Source: Planctomycetota bacterium (GTDB lineage Bacteria > Planctomycetota > UBA8108 > SXIK01). Taken from it: a stretch of 64,000 bases of DNA. The notes below the pieces were generated by a model. The model was given only the letters and a program-made list of their open reading frames with translations, did no database searches and was not told where the DNA came from. The position numbers and the translations under genes are program-made. The stretch spans positions 224,001 to 288,000 of the forward strand of contig CBDCXR010000004.1 in the NCBI GenBank assembly GCA_965223845.1, given 5' to 3'. Positions 10,616 through 20,000 of this stretch are shown piece after piece (the first letter of the stretch is position 1; each line of letters starts with the position of its first letter).

Positions 10616-12118
10616 CTAGCGTTCGATCGCCGGCAGCTCCAGGAACCGCGCGTAGGCCTCGTCGCGCGCACGCGTGTCCCCGCGTGGAGTCAAGGTTCGC
10701 ACGGGGAACGAATCGCGAACGATGCGACGGAGCTCGGCGAGCGATGGCACGGCGTCCGTCGCCATCGCTTGAACGAGGACGTTTCCCGCCGCGGTCGCCT
10801 CGACCGGACCCGCGACGACGGGTCGACCGATCGCGTCGGCGGTGAGCTCGGAGAGAAGTGCGTTCCGGCTGCCGCCGCCGACCACGTGGAGAACATCGAC
10901 GCTCTGGCCGGTGAGCGATTCGATCTCGTCTAGCGCTCGTCGATAGCTGAGTGCCAGCGATTCGAGGATCGAACGCGCCGCTGCGCCGCGGTCGCCGGGG
11001 GGACGTTGGCCCGTACGCCGGCAATATTCGGCGATCGCTTCCGGCATATTGGGCGGAGCAAAAAATTCGGGCGAGAGCGGATCGACGAGTGTTTCCCACG
11101 CGGGCGCCCCGCGAGCCTCTTCTTCGAGCGCTGCGTACGACAGCTCGGTATCGGCTTCCGCTTGCCAGCGACGCCGGCACTCCTGAAGAAGCCAGAGGCC
11201 GGTGAGGTTCTTCAGGAACCGAACCTTTCCTTCAGCGCCGATTTCGTTCGTGAAATTCGCGGCGAGAACGGCATCGGAAACGAGCGGCGCGTCGAGCTCG
11301 ACGCCGAGAAGCGACCACGTTCCGCTCGAGAGAAACGCCCACGACGTCTGCGCGTCCGCCGGCACGGCGGCGACGGCCGACGCGGTGTCGTGCGCGGCGA
11401 CCGCGATCACGGGCGGAGAGCGAGAGAGACCGACGCGCTCGGCGACGCTCTCGGTGAGCGGCGCCAGCACGGTTCCCGGTCGAACGACATCGGGGAGGAG
11501 ATCCGCGGGAAGATCCAGGCGCTGGAGAAGGTCGCCGTCCCAGCGCTGTTCGCGCGGATTCCACAGCTGCGTCGTCGACGCGAGCGAGTCCTCGGCCGCG
11601 ACGCGCCCGGAGAGGTAGTAGCTCACGAGGTGGGCGATGAGGAGGAGTCGCCCGCCGGGGGGAAAGCCGTGGGGTTGTTCCTTCGCTTGCGCGAAGAGCT
11701 GGACGAGCGTGTTGAGATCGAGGAACTGAATGCCCGTTCGCGCGAAGATCTCCTCGCGCGGGACCCGCGCCTCGATTTCGGCGAGAACGCCTCGGGTTCG
11801 CGGGTCGCGGTAGTGAACGGGGAGGCCGGCGAGCTCACCGCTCGCGTCGAGGATGCCGTAATCCACTCCCCAACTGTCGACGCCGATGCCGTCGACCGCT
11901 CCGCCCGCGCGCTCGACCCCTCGCGCGACGCCGCGCTCGATCTCGACGAGGAGGCGCGGCAAATCCCAAACGAGCTTGGCGCCGAGATGAGCCGGCTCGT
12001 TCGGAAAACGATGCACCTCGTCGAGTTCGACGCGTCCCTCCGAAAGCGTGCCGAGCATCACTCGGCCGCTCTCAGCGCCGAGGTCGATCGCGATGTAGCG
12101 GTGCGTTTCCTTGCTCAT
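10616..12118 (-). CDS. rhaB: Rhamnulokinase/L-fuculokinase family FGGY kinase
   Basis: AIDLGAESGR, DSWGVDY, HYRDPRT, HDTASAV, SSGTWSL, FTNE, VGGGSRN, GPVEATA. Confidence 0.92.
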   Translation of the reverse strand: MSKETHRYIAIDLGAESGRVMLGTLSEGRVELDEVHRFPNEPAHLGAKLVWDLPRLLVEIERGVARGVERAGGAVDGIGVDSWGVDYGILDASGELAGLPVHYRDPRTRGVLAEIEARVPREEIFARTGIQFLDLNTLVQLFAQAKEQPHGFPPGGRLLLIAHLVSYYLSGRVAAEDSLASTTQLWNPREQRWDGDLLQRLDLPADLLPDVVRPGTVLAPLTESVAERVGLSRSPPVIAVAAHDTASAVAAVPADAQTSWAFLSSGTWSLLGVELDAPLVSDAVLAANFTNEIGAEGKVRFLKNLTGLWLLQECRRRWQAEADTELSYAALEEEARGAPAWETLVDPLSPEFFAPPNMPEAIAEYCRRTGQRPPGDRGAAARSILESLALSYRRALDEIESLTGQSVDVLHVVGGGSRNALLSELTADAIGRPVVAGPVEATAAGNVLVQAMATDAVPSLAELRRIVRDSFPVRTLTPRGDTRARDEAYARFLELPAIER

Positions 12119-12310
12119 AGGGTCGCAGGCGAGAATACGAGATCACTCGACTCGTCTCAATCGCGTGCTGTGGGGTCGGCGGATTGCTTCTTCGATTCCG
12201 ATCCGGTATCACGAGCGGGAGGTGGAGTGCGTCGACACCCCGCGAGTGAGTGCACTCGAGGCGAGACGCGGCGATCGCCGGGGCGGAAACGCTAGAGGAG
12301 GACCGAGTCC

Positions 12311-13828
12311 GTGGCGAACGACGTCGTCATTTTCCTTCCGGGCGACTACCGTCCGATGCCGAATCGATGGGCGGTCGAGCAAGTCGATGAGACCGTGCGC
12401 AATCTCACACGTGCGCTCAAAAGGATCGGACGTCGGCCGCGACTCATCAAAGGGTTCATCACGAAGCCCGATCAGGCGATCACGAAGCTCGGACCGATCG
12501 ACGATCCGATGATCGGGGTATTCGTTCATTGGACGTACGGACCGCACACGACTGACGGTGTCGTCGGGAAGGACCATCCACTTCTACTTGCGAGCAATTT
12601 TTCTGGGACTTGGCCCGGCCTCGTCGCTCTGCTCAACACCGGGGCGTGTCTCGCGAGCGTCGGTCGCGACTTTTCGCGCGTGTGGTCGTCGGCGCGCGAC
12701 TGGACGAAGGACAAGAAACTCCTCGGGCGGCTCGAGGAGTGGTGCTCGAGTGGGCGGATCGCCTATCGGGACGACGAGCTGAGCGCGGCCCCGACGATCG
12801 GTGCGCGCGCGAAGCGACTCGCCGAAGAGGTCGCGAGCGACATCCGAAAGCGCCGCGTCCTCGCGTTGATGCTCGGCGATACTTCGATGGGGATGATCAA
12901 CGGTTACTTCGGAGCGCGAACGCTGCCGCGCGTCGGGTTCACCGAACACAAGGTCGATCAGGCGTGGATCATCGACCGGATGAAGCGTGTGAAGGACTCC
13001 CGAGTCGACGATGCGTTTCGCTTCGTCGTCGACCGCGGAGTCCGCTTCCACTGGCGGGCAAAGGGCGCCGAGGATTTCACCGAGGAAGCGACCCGCGAGC
13101 AGCTCCGGATGTACTGCGCAGTCGAGGACATCCGTCGCGAGTTCAAGGCCGATTGCATCGGCTGGCAGTACCAGCTCGGCCTCATCCCCCTTCTCCCGCC
13201 GAGCGATTTCTGCGAAGGCCTCTTCAACTCGGCCTGTCGGCCCGAGTCGACCGGGGAGCCCATCCAGTGCGCGACGGAAGCCGACCAGGGGAACCTCGTT
13301 CCGATGGAGCTCATGAAGCGCATACTCAAGAAGCGGCGTCTTCATCCCGCGGTGATGTTCCACGATGTCCGCTGGGGCGGTCGACACGACGGACGCTTCC
13401 TCTGGGTGCTCCTCAATTCCGGATCCTGCGGCGCGTACGCGTTCGCGCACGATCCGAAATCGCTTCGCGGCGTTCATTCTTACCGGCAACCCGCCGGATA
13501 CTTTCCCATCCCCGGCGGTACCTTCGCCGGCGAGAGTCGACCGGGGAAGATCACTTGGGCCCGGGCGTATCTCCGCGGGGAGGAGCTTTGGATGGACCTC
13601 GGCCGCGGCGAGGCCGTCAAGCTTCCCCCGTCGAAGCGCGATCGGTGGTGGAAGGGCACGACGCGCGAGTGGCCTTTCATGGCGGCGGATCTCGGCTGCT
13701 CGCAGGAAACGGTGATGGCACACTATATGTCGAATCACATCGCGGTGGCGTACGGCGACATCTTCGAGGAGATGGCAGCGCTGAGCCTCGCGTTGGGATT
13801 CAAAATCCGCGTGATGGCGGCGCGGTGA
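12311..13828 (+). CDS. L-fucose/L-arabinose isomerase-related protein
   Basis: GTG with strong RBS (GAGGAGG); HWTYGPH, GWQYQLGL, CATEAD, HDVRWG, SNHIAVAY resemble the fucose-isomerase-like family; divergent from rhaB. Confidence 0.65.
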   Translation: MANDVVIFLPGDYRPMPNRWAVEQVDETVRNLTRALKRIGRRPRLIKGFITKPDQAITKLGPIDDPMIGVFVHWTYGPHTTDGVVGKDHPLLLASNFSGTWPGLVALLNTGACLASVGRDFSRVWSSARDWTKDKKLLGRLEEWCSSGRIAYRDDELSAAPTIGARAKRLAEEVASDIRKRRVLALMLGDTSMGMINGYFGARTLPRVGFTEHKVDQAWIIDRMKRVKDSRVDDAFRFVVDRGVRFHWRAKGAEDFTEEATREQLRMYCAVEDIRREFKADCIGWQYQLGLIPLLPPSDFCEGLFNSACRPESTGEPIQCATEADQGNLVPMELMKRILKKRRLHPAVMFHDVRWGGRHDGRFLWVLLNSGSCGAYAFAHDPKSLRGVHSYRQPAGYFPIPGGTFAGESRPGKITWARAYLRGEELWMDLGRGEAVKLPPSKRDRWWKGTTREWPFMAADLGCSQETVMAHYMSNHIAVAYGDIFEEMAALSLALGFKIRVMAAR

Positions 13829-13832
13829 AGTC

Positions 13833-14597
13833 GTGAATCTCTCCGACGCGACGTGGGAGGAGATCGACGCGCTCGATCGCGCGACCGCGGTCGTGATCCC
13901 GTTCGCCGCGATCGAGCAGCACGGACCGCACCTTCCGATCGGAACCGACTCGCTCATCACCGAGGGCATCGTGCGCCGGGCCGAGGAGCTCGCGACCTCT
14001 CCGTTTCTTTGGCTTCCGGTCCAGCGCTTCGGGTCGTCGCCGCACCACCTCCCGTTCGCGGGCTCGGTGAGCCTCTCGTCGCGAACCTTTCTCGACGCTG
14101 CGGGGGAGCTCGCCGATAGCTTCATCGGCCATGGATTCGAGCGGATCGTGCTCTTCAATGGTCACGGCGGCAACCAGGCTCTCCTCGACGTGGCTGTGCA
14201 GGAGACCCGCCTTCGCCATCCGTCGACGCGGATCGTCCACGCGACCTACTGGAAGGTCGCCCATGACGAGTTTGCGCGCATCCGCGAGACGGCGCTCGGG
14301 GGAATGGGGCACGCGGGCGAGATGGAGACGAGCGTGATGCTCGCCCTTCACCCCGATCTCGTGCGGACGGAGAAGCGCGCCCCCGACGGAACGTGGGGGA
14401 GGAGCCGCTGCGACTCGCGCGACATGCTCGATGGCGGGCACGTCGGACAATTTCGCTTCTGGCCGGAGATGTCGGCGAAGGGTGTCCTCGGAGACCCGAC
14501 CAGCGCGAGCGCGGAAAAGGGGTGGCGGTTTCTCGACGCCGCCGCGAAGGGACTCGTCGAGGTGCTCGACGCGCTCGCGGCCGATCAACTCGGGTAG
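13833..14597 (+). CDS. Creatininase-family amidohydrolase
   Basis: IEQHGPHLPIGTD, NGHGGN, HAGEMETS, GVLGDP metal-binding motifs. Confidence 0.92.
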   Translation: MNLSDATWEEIDALDRATAVVIPFAAIEQHGPHLPIGTDSLITEGIVRRAEELATSPFLWLPVQRFGSSPHHLPFAGSVSLSSRTFLDAAGELADSFIGHGFERIVLFNGHGGNQALLDVAVQETRLRHPSTRIVHATYWKVAHDEFARIRETALGGMGHAGEMETSVMLALHPDLVRTEKRAPDGTWGRSRCDSRDMLDGGHVGQFRFWPEMSAKGVLGDPTSASAEKGWRFLDAAAKGLVEVLDALAADQLG

Positions 14598-14677
14598 CGT
14601 TCGCTCAGAACGATGACGCTACGTCCCAGCGCAGTCCGCGGCGCTGGGACGTGGCGTTCACGACGGGATGACGCTGA

Positions 14678-16723
14678 TCAGCGCTCTTCGTCGTCGTCGT
14701 GCTCTTCGTCGTCGTGCTCTTCGTCGTCGTGCTCTTCGTCGTCGTGCTCTTCGTCGTCGTGCTCTTCGTCGTCGTGCTCTTCGTCGTCGTGCTCTTCGTC
14801 GTCGTGCTCTTCGTCGTCGTGCTCTTCGTCGTCGTGCTCTTCGTCGTCGTGCTCTTCGTCGTCGTGCTCTTCGTCGTCGTGCTCTTCGTCGTCGTGCTCT
14901 TCGTCGTCGTGCTCTTCGTCGTCGTGCTCTTCGTCGTCGTGCTCTTCGTCGTCGTCGTGCTCTTCGTCGTCGTCCGCGTGACGGCGGAGATGGTGGACGA
15001 TTCGGATCAGATGACCGACCTTCTCTTCGAGTTCTTCGACGGCCTCGCTGAGATGTCCGTGGTGGCGACGGTGCTCGCGATCGTCATCGCCGCCTTTTCG
15101 CTCTGCGAGCTGATGTTCGATTCTCTCGATGCGATTGTTCACGCGGTGGAGCGCCTCCTCGATTTGACGGGCGGCGCGTCGTTCACGATCCGTTCCCTTT
15201 CGCTCCGTCCGGTGAGCGAGTCGATCTTCGAGCTCTTGCGCTCGGGCTCGGAGGTGTTCTCGAAACTCGTCCTCCTCCCGCTGGAGCCGCGCGTGCGTCT
15301 CGCGGGTGAGCTCTTCGAGATGTCGTCGAACCTCCTCCTCTTGACGCTCGAGCTGAGCGCGCTGCGCCCGCTCGCGCTCAGCGAGCCGCCCCTCGGATTC
15401 GCGCTCGAACGAGAGTCGGCGTTCGAGGACTGAGCGGAGGCGCTCGGAGAAGTCGCGCCGTACCTGTTCGTCGATCCGTCCCCGGCGCTCTCGCCTCGGG
15501 GACTCTCGGCGTTCTCTCTCCGCATGCTCCTGGTGTTCGTGGCGTTCCCTTTCTGCGTGCTCTCTCTCGCGGCCGTGGCGTTCGTGCTCTCGTTCGTGCT
15601 CGCGGTGCTCTCGTTCGCGCTCTCGATGCTGGTGGTGCTCTCTTTCGTGGTGCTCTCTTTCGTGGTGCTCGCGCTCTCGATGCTGGTGGTGCTCTCTTTC
15701 GTGGTGCTCTCTTTCGTGGTGCTCTCTTTCGTGGTGCTCTCTTTCGTGGTGCTCGCGCTCTCGATGCTGGTGGTGCTCTCTTTCGTGGTGCTCTCTTTCG
15801 TGGTGCTCGCGCTCTCGATGCTGGTGGTGCTCTCTTTCGTGGTGCTCGCGCTCTCGATGCTGGTGGTGCTCTCTTTCGTGGTGCTCTCTTTCGTGGTGCT
15901 CTCTTTCGTGGTGCTCGCGCTCTCGATGCTGGTGGTGCTCTCTTTCGTGGTGCTCTCTTTCGTGGTGCTCGCGCTCTCGATGCTGGTGGTGCTCTCTTTC
16001 GTGGTGCTCTCTTTCGTGGTGCTCTCTTTCGTGGTGCTCTCTTTCGTGGTGCTCTCTTTCGTGGTGCTCTCTTTCGTGGTGCTCTCTTTCGTGGTGCTCT
16101 CTTTCGTGGTGCTCGCGCTCTCGATGCTGGTGGTGCTCTCTTTCGTGGTGCTCTCTTTCGTGGTGCTCTCTTTCGCGTTCGCGCTCGCGATGTTCGTGTC
16201 GCTCTCTTTCGGCGTGCTCGCGATCTCGCTCGCGCTCGCGGTGATTCTTCTCTTCGCGCTCGCGATGTTCGTGTCGCTCTCTTTCGGCGTGCTCGCGCTC
16301 GTCGTTCTCCGAGTGGCGATCAAACTCGCGAAGTGCGTTCGAGAGCGCGCGGTGGAGAAGCGCGGCTCGTTTCCGATCTCGCGCGCGAAGGATGTCCCGG
16401 AATCGCTCAGAAATTCCGCCGAGGAGTTGCCGAATCTCGACCGCGAGCTCGTCGCCTTCCCCTCGTGCGCGCTCGGCTCGTTCCTTCCCCGCCTCCCTAC
16501 TCGCCAGGATTCCCCGGAGGTGGTGGATGCGACGCTCGAGAAGGCGCCTCTGCTCGGCCGGGGTCTCGTCCTTGGAGGCGAGGTGCTGTAGCGCTTCGAT
16601 CTGGCGCGCGACGCTCTCGCGGGGATCTCGGTCCCGGCGTTCGTCGTCGGCAGGGAGCGGCGTGCCGACAGTGATCCAAACCGCGGCGAACGCGGCAGTG
16701 GTCCAGCGAAGTCGAATCGTCAT
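14678..16723 (-). CDS. Exported His/Glu/Arg-rich tandem-repeat protein (681 aa)
   Basis: GGAGG RBS 5 nt before ATG; signal-peptide-like N-terminus; uninterrupted ORF across both repeat arrays; helical/coiled-coil segments flank the repeats. Confidence 0.8.
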   Translation of the reverse strand: MTIRLRWTTAAFAAVWITVGTPLPADDERRDRDPRESVARQIEALQHLASKDETPAEQRRLLERRIHHLRGILASREAGKERAERARGEGDELAVEIRQLLGGISERFRDILRARDRKRAALLHRALSNALREFDRHSENDEREHAERERHEHREREEKNHRERERDREHAERERHEHREREREREHHEREHHEREHHQHREREHHEREHHEREHHEREHHEREHHEREHHEREHHEREHHEREHHQHREREHHEREHHEREHHQHREREHHEREHHEREHHEREHHQHREREHHEREHHQHREREHHEREHHEREHHQHREREHHEREHHEREHHEREHHEREHHQHREREHHEREHHEREHHQHREREREHREHEREHERHGREREHAERERHEHQEHAERERRESPRRERRGRIDEQVRRDFSERLRSVLERRLSFERESEGRLAERERAQRAQLERQEEEVRRHLEELTRETHARLQREEDEFREHLRARAQELEDRLAHRTERKGTDRERRAARQIEEALHRVNNRIERIEHQLAERKGGDDDREHRRHHGHLSEAVEELEEKVGHLIRIVHHLRRHADDDEEHDDDEEHDDEEHDDEEHDDEEHDDEEHDDEEHDDEEHDDEEHDDEEHDDEEHDDEEHDDEEHDDEEHDDEEHDDEEHDDEEHDDEEHDDDEER
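14683..14974. repeat. 15-bp tandem repeat encoding (HDDEE)n, about 19 units of which about 16 are perfect
   Basis: Unit GCTCTTCGTCGTCGT repeated perfectly over 14701-14940, with 18-bp variants at the edges. Confidence 0.97.
15614..16165. repeat. Compound tandem repeat: 24 x 15-bp (HHERE) interspersed with 8 x 24-bp (HHQHRERE)
   Basis: Order along the protein is A2 B A8 B A2 B A3 B A1 B A2 B A4 B A2 B; total 552 bp. Confidence 0.95.
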
Positions 16724-17086
16724 TGGGACCTCCGGGAGAGAGCGGCGGCCGGTCGGCCGCGGCGTGGTGGGGAACGGGATGGCCTCGATTTCCGTGCATT
16801 TTCATCGCCCGCGCCGTCGATGTCAGGAAAAGAAATCTCGAGGAACCGAGCCGCGGTGGACCGGTTCGGAGATGATCGTAGAGCGACGGGCATTCAGCCG
16901 AGTCCAGTCCCGCCCCGGGCTCCGAGCACGCGCGCGTCGGGCGGATCCGGGGGCTCGCCACAGGGAGACCCCCTCGGTCCGTGCGGTTCGTCGTCCGAAT
17001 GCGAACGAACACTCCCCTCACTCCCTCTCAGGCTTCGCCTGCGATTCGCGGCGGGAGCTCAGGCTGAACGTGCAAGTTTCCCGCAA

Positions 17087-17092
17087 TATAAT
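17087..17092 (+). promoter_or_regulatory. Perfect -10 box (TATAAT) 7 nt before ATG 17100; probable leaderless transcript
   Basis: TATAAT-GCTTCCT-ATG; no Shine-Dalgarno upstream of the ATG. Confidence 0.6.
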
Positions 17093-17099
17093 GCTTCCT

Positions 17100-20000
17100 A
17101 TGGTTGCTCGCGCCGTCCTCCTCACCGTAATTCTCCTCGCCGCCGTCTCCGGGAATGACGTGTCGGCGCGAGATCCGTGGGGGCCCTCGGACGCCGACAT
17201 CGTCATCAGCGAGGTGCACTATCACCCCCCGGGGGATCGTGGCACGCTCGAATTCGTCGAGATCCACAACTCGGGTGTCCACTGGGTCGATCTCTCCGGA
17301 TGGGAATTCACCTCGGGCATCCGGTTTCGCTTTCCCGATGACACCTTTCTCGCTCCGGGGGCGTTTCTCGCCGTCGCGCGCAACGCCGAAAAGCTGCGGG
17401 AGGCCTACGGCGAGATCGCTGTCGTCGGCGACTTCAAGGGGCGCCTCGGAAACTCGGACGAAGTGCTCGAGCTCCGCTCCCGTTCGGGAGCGACGTCCGC
17501 GTGGCTTCACTACTACGACGGGCGCGACGCGTGGTTCGACGTCTGGCCGCGCGAGCCCGACGGCGACGGACCGAGCCTCGAGCTCATCCAGCCTCACCCC
17601 GACTGGCAGGCCGCGTGGTTCTGGGCACCGAGCCGCGTTCCCGGAGGAACTCCGGGCGAGGAGAACTCGGTGTGGTACCGAGTAGGGCACTCGGACTCCG
17701 ATACGCCGCCGATCGCGCCGGGGATCGAGATCGCGGAAGCGAGACTCACGGGGACCTCGCCCTTCGTCGAGATCTACAACGCGGGATCGAAAACGGCGGA
17801 CCTCGGGCGACTTCGATTGACGCGCGACGTCCGAGGCCGCGAGGGGATTCCGCTGCGTGGCACGCTAGCGCGCCGCCAGCGTACGGTCATCGAAGGAGAC
17901 GCTGTTGCAACGCTTGTCGATGCACCGGGGCGCGTCCTCCTGCTCGTGGCGGACGCGTCGCGGGAACTCGTCGACAGCCTTCCGCTCAAACGTCCGCCGG
18001 AGGGAGGAAGCGCCGGCCGCGATCCTCTCGGCGAGCTGACGGTGTTCGAGGACGCTACACCGGGGAAGGCGAATCCGGCTGCGAACGTACCGGCGGTCGT
18101 CATCACCGAAGTCCATTACCACCCGCGCGACGACGTAGCGGGAGAAGAGTTCGTCGAGATTCACAACGCGGGGAAGTCGGCGGTCGACCTCACCGGATGG
18201 ACGCTCGCTCGAGCCGTCGACTTCGAGTTTCCGGAAAAACTCGTTCTCCGCGCGGGAGCGTACGCGGTTGTTGCGAAAGACGTCGACAAGCTCGGCGCGA
18301 AGGTGGGCGCCGCCGGACGCTCACGCGTCGTCGGTCCGTTCAAGGGGCGGCTGAGCAATTCGGCGGATCGATTGATCCTGCGCGATGCTTTCGGACGCCT
18401 TGTCGACGAGGTGCCGTACTCCGACCGGACTCCGTGGCCCGGAGGAGCTGACGGGACCGGTTTCTCGATCGAGCTCCTCCACCCCGGGATCGATAACCGA
18501 TGGGGCCGAGCGTGGACGCTCGGACCGATCGGCGGGACTCCCGCGGCGAAAAACGCTCGCGCGAAGAGCTCCGTTCCGCCGACGATCGCGCACGTCGAGC
18601 ACCGTCCGGCGATCCCGCGACCCGGCGAGCCGCTTCGCATCCATGCATGGGTCATCGGGACGTCGCGCGCTCGCGTCTCCGTGCTCTATCACTCCGCATC
18701 GGGAACACGGAAGGTCACGCGAAAGTCGATGGCCGATCGCGGGCGGACGGGCGACGGCGCGTCGGGCGACGGGCATTTCGCCGTCACCCTGCCGCGGTTT
18801 CAGGCCGGCGCGCGCCTCGGTTACTCGGTCGTGACTTCGGGCCGCTCCCCGTCCCGTTTTCCGTCCAACGCGAAGGAGGAGCTCTACGTCGGAGTCGCGC
18901 CACCGGCCGATCCCGCGGCTCCGGGGGCGGTCACCTACGCACTTTGGATGGCGCCGGCGTCGTGGGACACGCTGGTCGCGGCGCGAAAGCGTTCGAAACC
19001 GGAGGTCTCGTGCACCCTCGCCGCCGAGGTCTCGGGTCGCGGTGTGCGCGCGTACCGCGGAAAAGTCGCGCACCGGGCTCGCGTTCGCTTCCGCGGAAAC
19101 AACTCCTTCGTCGGCGGCGACGTGACGCTCTTCTCGTATCGAGTTCGTCTGCCCGATGCGATTCGGTTCGATGGACGGAAACGCATCAATCTCCACGGCT
19201 ACAAGACGCATCGCCAGAAGGCCGGGAGCGAGGTTCTCCGTCGCGCCGGTCTGCCGGCGCCGAAGGCGACGTGGTGCCGACTGTGGGACCCCGAGCAGTT
19301 TCACGGGGCGGGTTACCTCGATGTCGAGGTCGTCGACAGTTGTTTCCTCGAAGCACGGTACGGCTCGTCCGCGGGGGAAATCTTCCGCGGGAAGCGCGGC
19401 CGTGAGATGGGAAACTCGTTCGGCGCGGACTTCAGCTACCACGGCACCGATCCCGCACCCTATCTCAAGGTCTACGTGCGCGCCAACAAGAGCGAGCGAC
19501 TCGAAGCCGACGAGCTGATCGCCCTCATCGCAGCTCTCAACATCAAGGACGACGACGAGTACGCGGAGAAAATCCCCGAGCTTCTCGATGCGGGCGAGTG
19601 GGCGCGCTATTTCGCGGCCAACAGCGCGATCGGAAACAACGAGGGCGGCCTCACGACGGACGACGCGGATGACTACTACCTCGCGCAGCGCCCGACCGAC
19701 GGTAAGTTCATCCTGATTCCCTGGGATCACGACACGACCTTCGTTGCTCCGAAGCAAAAGCTCTTTCGTCCGCGAGTCGCGGCGATTCGGCGGTTCCTCC
19801 GTCACCCCGCGATTGCTCCGCTCTACCGGAGCGCGCTCCGAGAGACCCTCGACGGCCCTCTTTCGGCGGCGTCGTTTGCGCGGCGGCAGCTCGCGTCGCG
19901 GGAATTCGCGACGCTCGAGGAATCGAACGAGCTCGACGCCTTCGTCGTCGGCCGTCGCGAGTTTCTCGATCCGCGAACTCGCTTCCGAGTCGGGGTGGGA

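Noticed and set aside
8331-11180. 949-aa antisense ORF, and similar long antisense ORFs at 48848-50653, 56040-58085, 28516-29982 and the 5' part of 59359-62259
   Set aside because: They lie antisense to clearly identified genes; stop-codon scarcity from high-GC codon bias explains them.
14613-16591. Alternative-frame repeat ORFs: (SSSSC)n, (RRRAL)n, hydrophobic (VVLF)/(VVLSF)n on plus, and (STTKE)n on minus
   Set aside because: These are shadows of 15-bp repeats. Only the 681-aa minus-strand ORF has a GGAGG RBS, a signal peptide and non-repetitive flanks in frame.
16392-17099. 236-aa N-terminal extension of the CotH/LTD protein
   Set aside because: It overlaps the opposite-strand gene; the signal peptide and TATAAT box point to ATG 17100.
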